A stretch of 64,000 bases of DNA from Candidatus Saccharimonadales bacterium (GCA_038317055.1 JBBQBA010000001.1:24153-88152); one strand, 5' to 3'; positions 9,676 to 18,700 are shown, numbered from the stretch's first letter. The notes: generated by a model from the letters alone, not told the origin. Numbers and translations are program-made.

Positions 9676-10819
9676 ACTTAAACAAAAGCCACAAATAATA
9701 ATTATTATATTAATAATGCTTTGTCTAACTATTGTGGGTGTTAATGTTTTATTTAATTCTTCAGCTCAGTCACCGAGTGTAAGTGTAATAACTGGAAACG
9801 GTATATTATCGGGTTTAGCAACTAAACAATCAAGTAATGCTAGTCCAGGTGGTAGTGAAGTGCAATTTGGAAGTACCGATAATCCGCTTGGTACTTCAAT
9901 AAAATCAAGTCCAACCGGTCCATTATCTCCAATTTCTGGATGGCACGTAACTTTTGCAGACGATTTCAATTCACAACTAGGTACGTCAACTGGTCAAGAT
10001 AATTATTGGTATCCAAGTCAGTCATGGAACCCTAATTTAAATAATAATGTGAATGGAGATAACGGAAATGAAACTGAAGTATATAATGCCAAAAACGTAA
10101 GTATATCAAATGGTAAATTAGTACTTTCTGCAAATTACCAAAATAATGTAGCTCCAGCAACTGGTGATGGAAGTGGGTCTAGTCAAAGTAACCAAGTCCA
10201 GAGAAATTATGTTTCAGGTATAGTAACCTCAACAACAACCAGAACAGGATATAAAGGATTTACATGGACGCCGGGAAATGGGTCAACATGGGCCTTCGAA
10301 ATGGTATCTCAATGGCCAATTGATCCTGATGGCAACTTATGGAATGCATGGTGGACTAGCACACAGGGTGGTTGGCTTAATGAAAGAGATTTTTTTGAAG
10401 GACTAAATACAAGCGGAAAGTTAGATAGTGATTGGATATACCAAACTACATGTACGCTTAGCCCAAATTGTACCGGTACAAAACTGCAGGACTTCTATAC
10501 CAACCTATTAACTACTGGTTTCGATCAATCGGCTGCATTTCATCGATACACTTACGTGATAAATCCAGATCAATCATGGTCGTTTTATATAGACGGAACA
10601 ATTCAAAAGTGGGTTGGAGTTAATGGGGTCGCCCCAGTTAGATCGGGATCCAATTCACCAATGCTACTTATACTAAATTATGCTTTTAATAAAACTACGT
10701 TTAATACAGGCATTAGACATTTTGATATAGATTCAGTCGCAGTTTATCAGGATTCAGCACATGCAGGACAATCAATAAATGGCGGAGGAATTGCACCGGG
10801 CACATATATCAGTAATTAA
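9668..10819 (+). CDS. glycoside hydrolase family 16-like (concanavalin-like glucanase) secreted enzyme
   Basis: 383 aa with an N-terminal hydrophobic anchor. GNETEVYNAKNVSISNGKLVLSA and WNAWWTS are present, followed by an ExDxxE catalytic-type motif, ERDFFE, at 10382-10399. Confidence 0.6.
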   Translation: MHKLKQKPQIIIIILIMLCLTIVGVNVLFNSSAQSPSVSVITGNGILSGLATKQSSNASPGGSEVQFGSTDNPLGTSIKSSPTGPLSPISGWHVTFADDFNSQLGTSTGQDNYWYPSQSWNPNLNNNVNGDNGNETEVYNAKNVSISNGKLVLSANYQNNVAPATGDGSGSSQSNQVQRNYVSGIVTSTTTRTGYKGFTWTPGNGSTWAFEMVSQWPIDPDGNLWNAWWTSTQGGWLNERDFFEGLNTSGKLDSDWIYQTTCTLSPNCTGTKLQDFYTNLLTTGFDQSAAFHRYTYVINPDQSWSFYIDGTIQKWVGVNGVAPVRSGSNSPMLLILNYAFNKTTFNTGIRHFDIDSVAVYQDSAHAGQSINGGGIAPGTYISN

Positions 10820-10863
10820 CTGAGTACTTTTAAACTGCTTATTGTGTATAATAAATCGTAATA

Positions 10864-11913
10864 ATGGCAAAAAAGCAAAAAGTCAGAATAATTTATAAAA
10901 CAAAGAAGATGTTTTTAGGTCTTTTCGGACTAGTAATGTTATTAACTCCTATAATTACTGTTATTCAGGGAGACTCTCAAGCTTTTGCTGCAGCTTGTGC
11001 AACACCTTCACCTTCTTATGGAACTGATACCCTTACCGTTAATGTACCAGCGTCAGATACATATACAGTTTGGACAAGGATATTAGTACCGACGACTACG
11101 AACAATTCTGTACTTTTACAAATAGACAGCACAAGTTGTTCAAATGTTGGCGGTAGCAGTTCTATTCCAGTAAATAGCTGGTCGTGGGTTAACTATCAAA
11201 ACGGCAATGCTGGTTCTGTTATATCAAGTACATTGGCAGCCGGTAATCATACGTTGACTTTCATAGGCAATCAAGCTGGTGTCGGTGTTGATTTAGTTAT
11301 GCTAATTCCAGGAAATAGCTGTATACCATCGGGTACAGGAACCAATTGTGCAACAGCTACTCAGGCACCAACTCCTGTTACTGTCACCCCAAATACTTCT
11401 ACGTCTAATTCCACTAGTAATAAATCTGGTACTACAAATAATAAGGTACTGCCTGCACCTGCTGGCACTCAAGCAATTACTGAGAATGCAAGCGTCCAAT
11501 ATGATAGTCCAACTACCATAAGTCCAACCTACGAAGCTGGTCAAACAATTAAAGAGGTTAAGTATTACCTAAATAAAAAGGTAGTTTATATAGCCACTAA
11601 ATATCCTTTTACTTATCTGCTGAATACTAATAAATTACTGAGTGGAAAATATACACTTGCCTCATATACCGAATATATCTCAGGTCATTCAAGCACCGCA
11701 AGTGAAACAGTTATTGTAAAACACTCATTTATTAAAAACATTGAAATATTCCTCAGTAAATACTGGATTTATATTGTTGTACTCTTAATACTTATTGGAC
11801 TGCTCATATGGCAAATAATAGTTCGTGTCATCAAACCAAATAATAAAAACAAACATGATAAAACCACAAAACCTGACAATGGGAATATAATAACTGTTTC
11901 GCCGGGTTCATAG
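10864..11913 (+). CDS. surface protein with CBM/lectin-like beta-sandwich domain and C-terminal TM anchor
   Basis: 349 aa with a signal peptide. The domain YTVWTRILVP..LLQIDSTSC..VNSWSWVNYQ..LAAGNHTLTFIG..VDLVMLIP is paralogous to the N-terminal part of the gene at 62800-64000. The C-terminal TM helix is IYIVVLLILIGLLIW. Confidence 0.6.
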   Translation: MAKKQKVRIIYKTKKMFLGLFGLVMLLTPIITVIQGDSQAFAAACATPSPSYGTDTLTVNVPASDTYTVWTRILVPTTTNNSVLLQIDSTSCSNVGGSSSIPVNSWSWVNYQNGNAGSVISSTLAAGNHTLTFIGNQAGVGVDLVMLIPGNSCIPSGTGTNCATATQAPTPVTVTPNTSTSNSTSNKSGTTNNKVLPAPAGTQAITENASVQYDSPTTISPTYEAGQTIKEVKYYLNKKVVYIATKYPFTYLLNTNKLLSGKYTLASYTEYISGHSSTASETVIVKHSFIKNIEIFLSKYWIYIVVLLILIGLLIWQIIVRVIKPNNKNKHDKTTKPDNGNIITVSPGS

Positions 11914-12054
11914 TATCCAATAAATTAATAAACTATTAGTCTATTTAGCTATAAATGTTAATATAACAGGGTATAAACTTAGTTTAATCTTATTGGGGAG
12001 ATGATATTCACATTCAGCTTACATCCAGCTAGTTGATGTATCCTATATGCAATT

Positions 12055-13017
12055 ATGAAGTTAGTAATTATGATTCCTTGTTTAAACGAGGAGACCACTC
12101 TACCTCTAGTATTTGAAACTATGCCTAAGAATATAAAGGGCATAGATGAAATTGAAGTTTTAATAATCGACGATGGATCAACTGATAAAACAGTTGAAGT
12201 TGCTAAAAGTTTAGGCGTAACTCAGTTTGTTCATCACCCAAAAAATAGAGGATTAGCTCATTCACTTCGTGACGGAATTCAGAGAGCCTTAGAGCTTGGT
12301 GCAGATATATTAGTTTTAACTGATGGAGATAACCAATATCCGCAAGAGCGAATACCGGACTTAATACAACCAATATTGGATGGTAAGGCCGATACAGTAA
12401 TAGCAGATAGACAAACAAACACAATCGAGCATTTTACTCCAATGAAAAAGTTTCTACAAAGATTTGGAACTGGAGTATTAAATATGGCAGCCGGAACTGA
12501 TATTCCAGATGGAACAAGTGGTTTTAGGGCATATTCCAAAGAATCTGCAATTAAACTTAACTTGATTGGACGATTTAACTTTGCAGCTGAAACGACAATT
12601 CAAGCAGCTAACAAAAAACTTGCTATAGCTACAATTAAGATAAAAACTAATCCTAAGACTCGTGAATCCAGATTATTTAAATCATCGTCTGAACATGTTC
12701 GAAAAAGTATGATAGCAATGTTAAATAGCTTTACTATGTATCGGCCATACACTGTTTTTCTGAGTATTGGCGGGTTTCTATTTCTACTTGGTATTATTCC
12801 GTTTCTTCACTACCTATATTTAGTATTTACTGTGAAAAATCCTAATGGTGCCCATCATTTACAGTCATTAATTATTGGAACTGTGCTTTTGAATGCATCT
12901 TTTGTATCTTTTACTTTAGGAATAGTAGCCAATCTAATTAGGGTTAATCGCTCTTTAATTGAAGATGTTCTTGAAGTAGTTAAACGCGAACAATTTACCA
13001 ATAAAGACAAGACTTAG
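12055..13017 (+). CDS. family 2 glycosyltransferase (polyprenyl-phosphate sugar synthase type, GtrB/DPM1-like) with C-terminal TM helices
   Basis: VIMIPCLNEE..LIIDDGSTDKT..LTDGDNQYP are GT2 motifs. Two C-terminal hydrophobic helices are present. Confidence 0.85.
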   Translation: MKLVIMIPCLNEETTLPLVFETMPKNIKGIDEIEVLIIDDGSTDKTVEVAKSLGVTQFVHHPKNRGLAHSLRDGIQRALELGADILVLTDGDNQYPQERIPDLIQPILDGKADTVIADRQTNTIEHFTPMKKFLQRFGTGVLNMAAGTDIPDGTSGFRAYSKESAIKLNLIGRFNFAAETTIQAANKKLAIATIKIKTNPKTRESRLFKSSSEHVRKSMIAMLNSFTMYRPYTVFLSIGGFLFLLGIIPFLHYLYLVFTVKNPNGAHHLQSLIIGTVLLNASFVSFTLGIVANLIRVNRSLIEDVLEVVKREQFTNKDKT

Positions 13018-14552
13018 TTAAAAAACCAATAGCTAGTAAAATAGTATTTTTGACCATTGTATAGCACTGGTCTAGTTACTTTACGTGCTGCATTGTTGAC
13101 TTTTTTAACGGTTGAGTTCTGGACATCCCAGGTATCGTCACTCCGTGAAATGAATGTAAATAAACCACCACCCTCAAGAAATAGTAGTAATACTATACAA
13201 ACAAGGACGGCTTTTATTGCTGGGAATCGCCTAAGTCCAATACTAATTGCTCTTGCAAAAACTGCAACCAGTAATAATGTGACCGGCAATAAGTAACGGC
13301 CGTTCATATTTTCTAATACAAATGTGTAGTGATATGTAGCATATCCCTGAAGGAATAGAACTGCAATATAGACTAAGCTGACAGAAAATAACAAGATTAG
13401 GTATATATTATTTTTAAATACGGTTTTAAAATTTTTTATAAGTAATACTAGTCCGAACACAACAAATACAATTGCTGCCGCACTCGGAAGTGGAAGTGGT
13501 GGATAATTAGCAAAAGAGCTTACTGGACCATTAACAGCAAAGAACAGCCTATACCACATCCAATATATCCATTCACCGCTATAGAATAACGGGCTACCAA
13601 GATGAGCTTTACCAATATGTTCTTGGCTCTCAAGATATTGATGTTGCTGATAATTGTAATACCAAGGACTATAAGCTTTGCAATCATTTACACTTAGCAC
13701 TGTGCTACAGTTCGGTGCAATTGAATGATACTTTACTATATTTACTACATCGCGTTGAATAAACAATCCAGTAGCAATTATCAGAACAATCGACAGTAAT
13801 ATTTTAATTGCTAATTTATTACTCTTCCAACTGGATATAAACTCATTTACAAATTTTCCAAAATTATGTCTATAGTTTCTGTAGTAAACTATAAAAAGAA
13901 ATACTATTACGGCTAAAAATATTGGTAGAAATGCATACTTAACCAAGCTAGCGAACAAACATACGCTAATAAGAGTTATGATGGTTTTTGCAGAAGGTTT
14001 GTGTTTTCTAAGCTGATCAATAAGATCGAAAGTTAACAAAATAGTCCATGCTACCAATGGAATAAGTAAGTTATCATAATTAATCTGTGCAGCAAGCTGA
14101 GGCACGATCGGAATTAGGGCAAATAATAAAATACTTACATTTGTTAATGACCTTGAGACGCCAGCTCGAATTAATATTTTATGAAACAATAGTAAACTAG
14201 CCGCAAAAAGGCCAACATTAATAAATCGTAAGGCAATCACTTGTCCAATAGTTTCATGGGTAAATTGACTTATTATTCTATATGGGAAGCTCATTAAATA
14301 GTGATAAAGATAAGAAGGATCTCTAGCTACCGCACCATAGGAGTTACCTCCTGAGGGTTGTGAGTTTAAGAAAGGTAACCAGTGGTGAGAATATATTTGA
14401 ATTAAACCAAAATGGAAATTCTCGTCAAATGCTTGAGGGTAGGCGGCGGATATAGCTATCCAAGTAGCTTCAAACAAGAAAAAGATAATAATAAAAGTAA
14501 AAAAACGTCGCGAATTTAAGAGACTATATACTCTTTTAGTAAAACTGTTCAT
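13014..14552 (-). CDS. polytopic GT-C-type glycosyltransferase (ArnT/PMT family 39-like)
   Basis: 512 aa with more than 10 hydrophobic segments. An early loop reads PQAFDENFHFG (D/E-containing). It is convergent with the GT2 gene and overlaps it by 4 nt. Confidence 0.6.
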   Translation of the reverse strand: MNSFTKRVYSLLNSRRFFTFIIIFFLFEATWIAISAAYPQAFDENFHFGLIQIYSHHWLPFLNSQPSGGNSYGAVARDPSYLYHYLMSFPYRIISQFTHETIGQVIALRFINVGLFAASLLLFHKILIRAGVSRSLTNVSILLFALIPIVPQLAAQINYDNLLIPLVAWTILLTFDLIDQLRKHKPSAKTIITLISVCLFASLVKYAFLPIFLAVIVFLFIVYYRNYRHNFGKFVNEFISSWKSNKLAIKILLSIVLIIATGLFIQRDVVNIVKYHSIAPNCSTVLSVNDCKAYSPWYYNYQQHQYLESQEHIGKAHLGSPLFYSGEWIYWMWYRLFFAVNGPVSSFANYPPLPLPSAAAIVFVVFGLVLLIKNFKTVFKNNIYLILLFSVSLVYIAVLFLQGYATYHYTFVLENMNGRYLLPVTLLLVAVFARAISIGLRRFPAIKAVLVCIVLLLFLEGGGLFTFISRSDDTWDVQNSTVKKVNNAARKVTRPVLYNGQKYYFTSYWFFN

Positions 14553-14629
14553 ATAATTATCACTTATTATACTAATATTCCTGAGTATTACCCTTACTTA
14601 CAGATAAACTATATACTCTTAAGTAAATC

Positions 14630-15535
14630 ATGAAACATAGAATACGACTTATTATAGCGATAACGCTTGTCATAATAACCCTGAGCGCCTTCGCTTACTA
14701 TATTTCTAGTCATACATATCTATTAACTCAACTAGCCCATATTCCTCCGTTAACCATAATATGGTTGTTACTTTTATATATAGTTTGGTTTGTAGCTCTA
14801 ATTCTAATTTTATGGATCAGTATGATTATCTGTAAAAAAACACTTAGCCCTAAAGAAAATATATTACTTAATGCTTATTCAACACTTGTAAATTTCTTCA
14901 TACCTGGTCAAGGTGGAATTGCAGTAAGGGGAGTTTACCTTAAAAAAGTAAAAGACCTTGCAGTGCGAAACTACATTTATGTATCTCTTTTATATTTTAT
15001 GTTTTATGCAATTATCAGCACAGCACTACTTGTAACGAGTAATCGTCCATTGTGGCAAACATTGTTAGCTTTAATATTTATTGGCGGAGTTAGTTTTGGT
15101 GTAATACAATTTTACAAATCGAAGAGCAAGACTAGATCTGATAGTTTAGCGCTCACATCGAAAAATTTATTATTGTTGTTTGTTGCTACATTATTTCAAT
15201 CAATAGTTCAGGTCACAATATATGGTGTGGAACTAAGAAGTGTTAATTCAAATATTTCTCTTCACCAGATTGTTACTTATACCGGAGCAGCTAATTTCTC
15301 ATTATTTGTTGCTCTAACTCCTGGGGCAATCGGAATAAGAGAATCGTTCTTATTGTTGAGTCGACACTTACACGGTATTAGTAGTGCAAATATTATTTCT
15401 GCAAATATTATTGATAGGTCAGTATTTATTCTATTTTTAGGTTTTGTATTTATATTGACTATATCACTGCACGCTAATTACAAAAGCTTTATTAAAAAAT
15501 CCGATCCTAATGAAAATTCTGAACTAAAAATATAG
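14630..15535 (+). CDS. UPF0104 / lysyl-PG-synthase-TM-like (flippase-like) membrane protein
   Basis: 301 aa and polytopic. LVNFFIPGQGGIAVRGVYLKK and TPGAIGIRE resemble the flippase-like domain family. Confidence 0.5.
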   Translation: MKHRIRLIIAITLVIITLSAFAYYISSHTYLLTQLAHIPPLTIIWLLLLYIVWFVALILILWISMIICKKTLSPKENILLNAYSTLVNFFIPGQGGIAVRGVYLKKVKDLAVRNYIYVSLLYFMFYAIISTALLVTSNRPLWQTLLALIFIGGVSFGVIQFYKSKSKTRSDSLALTSKNLLLLFVATLFQSIVQVTIYGVELRSVNSNISLHQIVTYTGAANFSLFVALTPGAIGIRESFLLLSRHLHGISSANIISANIIDRSVFILFLGFVFILTISLHANYKSFIKKSDPNENSELKI

Positions 15536-15543
15536 TAAAAGTT

Positions 15544-15978
15544 TTAAATCGTGTGAATCACTATAGCGGTAGTAACAGCAAACCATACTGTTTCTAAATA
15601 AATACCTGCACGACTCTCATATTGAATTCGCTTATGAAATTTGAAAAACTCCCACACTATCCCCTTTTGTTTAACATAGAGAGCAAGTGGCCAAAATAAA
15701 TCAGGTAAAACGGCAAAGATTGCACAAAGTACGAATAGACTGGTATTTGGCGGATGAAGACTCAAGAAAAAAGTCATAACTAAAATACAAGCCAATGTAT
15801 CTAATACGATTCTTAGATTGTATGCTCTAGTACCCCGTGCAGTCTTTGGATCATTACCGTAATGCGGAATAACATCCATTAAGAAATGTGAACTTAGGGC
15901 AATTGGAATAGCAACAACAGGGTCATTAAAAGTTAAACCAACCAGTCCACCGAAAACCATATGATTCAAAGCCTGCAT
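15544..15978 (-). CDS. small membrane protein, YdjM/DUF457-like metal-dependent hydrolase family (tentative)
   Basis: 144 aa with 4 hydrophobic segments. HMVFGG...SHFLMDVIPH resembles the His/Asp pattern. Confidence 0.4.
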   Translation of the reverse strand: MQALNHMVFGGLVGLTFNDPVVAIPIALSSHFLMDVIPHYGNDPKTARGTRAYNLRIVLDTLACILVMTFFLSLHPPNTSLFVLCAIFAVLPDLFWPLALYVKQKGIVWEFFKFHKRIQYESRAGIYLETVWFAVTTAIVIHTI

Positions 15979-16010
15979 ATAATACCTATCTAATTACTGT
16001 GCTTAAGCTT

Positions 16011-16271
16011 TCAGTGTACAGACTGCAGGCCAGGAGTACTAGGGTCGTCATCAAAAATCGAATCAATTTGTTCTTTGGTTCTAAGTATATTTACATACTC
16101 CACAGCTTCATCACCACCCCTGTGGGTTTTATTAATAAAAATGGCATCTTTATGCATAGCTTCAAGTCTAGCGTCTACACTTGCTGAAATTGCAGCTAAC
16201 ATTGCTGGACTACATTCAGTTAGTGAAAATTCAGGATTGACTTCATAGTTTCTTGATAATTCTGTTCCCAT
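16011..16271 (-). CDS. hypothetical protein
   Basis: 86-aa acidic ORF with GGAGG-like sequence upstream of the ATG (catgaaacctcc on the plus strand). No family recognised. Confidence 0.35.
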   Translation of the reverse strand: MGTELSRNYEVNPEFSLTECSPAMLAAISASVDARLEAMHKDAIFINKTHRGGDEAVEYVNILRTKEQIDSIFDDDPSTPGLQSVH

Positions 16272-16407
16272 GAAACCTCCTATGGTCGATACATTATAGC
16301 ATTTTTATATACACCAAAGCTGCAGGATATATTACATTTTCTAAAGTAATTTAATACAAACAATTAATGTTATTTCTTATTTCTAGCAATCCGATAGAAT
16401 GCTAGTT

Positions 16408-16560
16408 ATGGCAATTCGACCTATTTGCGATATTTGTAAAAAAGAACTCAGCGGTTTTGGAGCTATACCATTAAGTCCACCAGACAAAGATAATATGGTC
16501 AAAAAATATCATGTCTGTAAAACATGTTACTTAGAAATCAAACCTACTGATCAAACCTAA
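16408..16560 (+). CDS. 50-aa zinc-ribbon miniprotein (not in the supplied ORF track)
   Basis: Manual translation gives MAIRPICDICKKELSGFGAIPLSPPDKDNMVKKYHVCKTCYLEIKPTDQT. It has two CxxC pairs (CDIC, CKTC). ATG at 16408, TAA at 16558-16560. Confidence 0.4.
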   Translation: MAIRPICDICKKELSGFGAIPLSPPDKDNMVKKYHVCKTCYLEIKPTDQT

Positions 16561-16561
16561 A

Positions 16562-17614
16562 CTAAGTAGTTAGGGATGGGGTTAACTTAGAATGATAATC
16601 ATTTATCTCTTCTAATTCTGTGTCAGCTCTAGATAATCCAAGCTCAACAATATGTAGAATCATCGCTTGATAATCCATTAGTCTATTAATCCAACAAGCG
16701 CTAGTAAAATAGCTCGTAAAATTATGAAATGCTAAACCAGGAACTAGGTTAGCTTCAAGAAAATGTGGCACACCATTCATATCCAGTCTAATGTCTATAC
16801 GACCGTAATCTCGTGCACCTATAGCCTTAAATACGCTTATAGCGAGTGTATTTATTTGTTTCTTGATTAAACTATCAGTAACAGCTAATACATGCTCAGT
16901 ATCGTCTGCTTTAATTTTCCGTCCAAGAATTCTATCACCTTGATTATTTTTCTCAGTAATAAGTTCAATTGGCATTGCAATTATATTCTCTGAATTTAAA
17001 GAATCAAGAATAGCTACACTAAATTCACGACCGGTTAGGTATTCTTCAGCTAAGGTTGCACAGCTAAATTCATTTTGAATCGATTCAACTTTGCTATTAA
17101 ACGTATTATAATCGCGAACTACCGAATCAGCCCCAATCCCCTTACCCCCACCTGTATTTGGTGGTTTTAGGAATAAGGGGAAGTTAAGAGGTAATTTATC
17201 TTCAAAACCAAATTGATTGTTTTTGGCCATAAAATAACCTGAAGTTTTAAGTCCAGCTGCTTCAACAACTTGTTTAGCTTCAGTTTTATCAAAATCTAGT
17301 GATATTGCCCTAGCCGAAGAACCAGAATAATTTATTCCGTTGTCATCAAGATATTCAGACAACCAAACATCCGCAACTGAATTTCCGTTCGGTCCGCTAA
17401 TAAGCGGTACTTTCTTTAGTCCTAGAAATGCTAAATCTGGCTTTTTCATAATTAAAACATCTATATCATTGGAATCATTTACAATAGTTATTCCTACAGT
17501 TTCGTAGTAATTACTAAGCAAATCTCTGATCATTTCGCAGGATTCTAGACCCATAGAACTAAACTTGGGTTTAGATGATCGAACTATCTCGATATGTTTA
17601 TTAATTTTGACCAT
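16562..17614 (-). CDS. ATP-grasp enzyme, D-alanine--D-alanine ligase family paralogue
   Basis: The Ddl-like C-terminal half reads FPLFLKPPNTGGGKGI..EEYLTGREFSVAIL..GARDYGRIDIRLD..PHFLEANLVPGL. The start was trimmed to ATG 17614 (MVKINK). Confidence 0.7.
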   Translation of the reverse strand: MVKINKHIEIVRSSKPKFSSMGLESCEMIRDLLSNYYETVGITIVNDSNDIDVLIMKKPDLAFLGLKKVPLISGPNGNSVADVWLSEYLDDNGINYSGSSARAISLDFDKTEAKQVVEAAGLKTSGYFMAKNNQFGFEDKLPLNFPLFLKPPNTGGGKGIGADSVVRDYNTFNSKVESIQNEFSCATLAEEYLTGREFSVAILDSLNSENIIAMPIELITEKNNQGDRILGRKIKADDTEHVLAVTDSLIKKQINTLAISVFKAIGARDYGRIDIRLDMNGVPHFLEANLVPGLAFHNFTSYFTSACWINRLMDYQAMILHIVELGLSRADTELEEINDYHSKLTPSLTT

Positions 17615-17677
17615 TTTTAAAGAACCTACTATCACTAGCAAATGACTATAACTAGATTATATTTGTATAACTATAGA

Positions 17678-17983
17678 TTAATATGAACGACTGAAATTGC
17701 CGCCGCCACCGCCGCCGCCACCTGGACGTCGATCTTCTTGTGGTCGAGCTTCGTTTACAACGATAGAACGTCCACTAACTTCTTTGCCGTTTAGGGCAGC
17801 TATTGCGCTTTTAGCTTCGCTATCTTCTGACATTTCTACAAAGCCGAAACCTTTAGATTGTCCACTGTCACGATCTTTTATAACTACTGCACTTACTACT
17901 TTTCCTTGTTCTGCAAAAAGAGCTTCTAACTCCTGATCAGTAACGCTATATGCTAATCCACCTACGTAAAGTTTACTTGCCAT
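17678..17983 (-). CDS. RRM-type RNA-binding protein with Gly-rich tail
   Basis: RNP-2 is LYVGGL and RNP-1 is KGFGFVEM. The C-terminus reads RRPGGGGGGGGNFSRSY. Confidence 0.9.
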   Translation of the reverse strand: MASKLYVGGLAYSVTDQELEALFAEQGKVVSAVVIKDRDSGQSKGFGFVEMSEDSEAKSAIAALNGKEVSGRSIVVNEARPQEDRRPGGGGGGGGNFSRSY

Positions 17984-18209
17984 TTTAATATTATCCTTCC
18001 TTTTATATATATATCACACGAGTTTACTGTCTTCTAACCATAATCTTATTAAGTCTTTTATAGGGACGTATTAATTAAACGGAATAGGTTTTTAGTAACC
18101 AATTGCTTAACATAAATTATAGCATAATGAAGTTACTATTGCACATTTATACTAAATGTTTTGTCTTATTAGTTTTTAGATTAATCAAAACAGGGTGTGG
18201 TTCAAATTC

Positions 18210-18218
18210 TGATATAAT
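18210..18218 (+). promoter_or_regulatory. candidate extended -10 promoter element (TGATATAAT) for the 18268 gene pair
   Basis: TG-n-TATAAT lies at 18210-18218, about 50 nt upstream of ATG 18268. An AGAGAGGAAG Shine-Dalgarno-like sequence lies at 18252-18261. Confidence 0.35.
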
Positions 18219-18267
18219 ACAAAAAGTACGAGTTTGAGAGATATATTAATTAGAGAGGAAGTAAATT

Positions 18268-18699
18268 ATGCTAGGACCAATAGATTATATTGCAGTAGGC
18301 TTTACAGAAAATAAGTTTAACGGCGAAATATTAAAAGAATTACAAAAAGTTGTTGATGATGGATTGGTTCGTATTATAGATCTACTATTTGTTACTAAAG
18401 ACACAAAGGGTGATGCAGCGGTTTTAGAACTTAGTAATATGCCAGAGGATGTAGCTAAAGCATTCGGCCCATACGCAAAAAATCTGACCGGACTACTAAC
18501 AGAAGAAGACGCGATTAAAGTCGCAGCAGATTTAGACAATAATAGTTCTGCTGCAATACTAGTATTTGAACATCTTTGGGCAAAAGGATTTAAACAAGCT
18601 CTCATTAATGCAAATGGTGTTTTATTGGCTGAGGGCCGCGTCCACCCAGATATTGCGGAAGCAGCTTTAAAAGAAGTTAATAGCAAGAAGGAGAAATAG
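18268..18699 (+). CDS. conserved hypothetical protein (DUF6325/DUF1269-like, tentative)
   Basis: 143 aa and globular. The N-terminus is MLGPIDYIAVGF. It has a strong SD, and its stop lies 1 nt before the next ATG. Confidence 0.55.
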   Translation: MLGPIDYIAVGFTENKFNGEILKELQKVVDDGLVRIIDLLFVTKDTKGDAAVLELSNMPEDVAKAFGPYAKNLTGLLTEEDAIKVAADLDNNSSAAILVFEHLWAKGFKQALINANGVLLAEGRVHPDIAEAALKEVNSKKEK

Positions 18700-18700
18700 T

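Noticed and set aside
12001-12036. 11-codon mini-ORF (MIFTFSLHPAS) after a GGGGAG sequence upstream of the GT2 gene, as a possible leader peptide
   Set aside because: The SD-like sequence abuts the ATG with essentially no spacer, and no associated terminator/antiterminator structure is visible.
17697-17936. 79-aa plus-strand ORF starting MPPPPPPPPGRR
   Set aside because: It is the antisense shadow of the RRM gene's Gly-run (GGC/GCC repeats read as Pro). The minus-strand frame carries perfect RNP-1/RNP-2 motifs.
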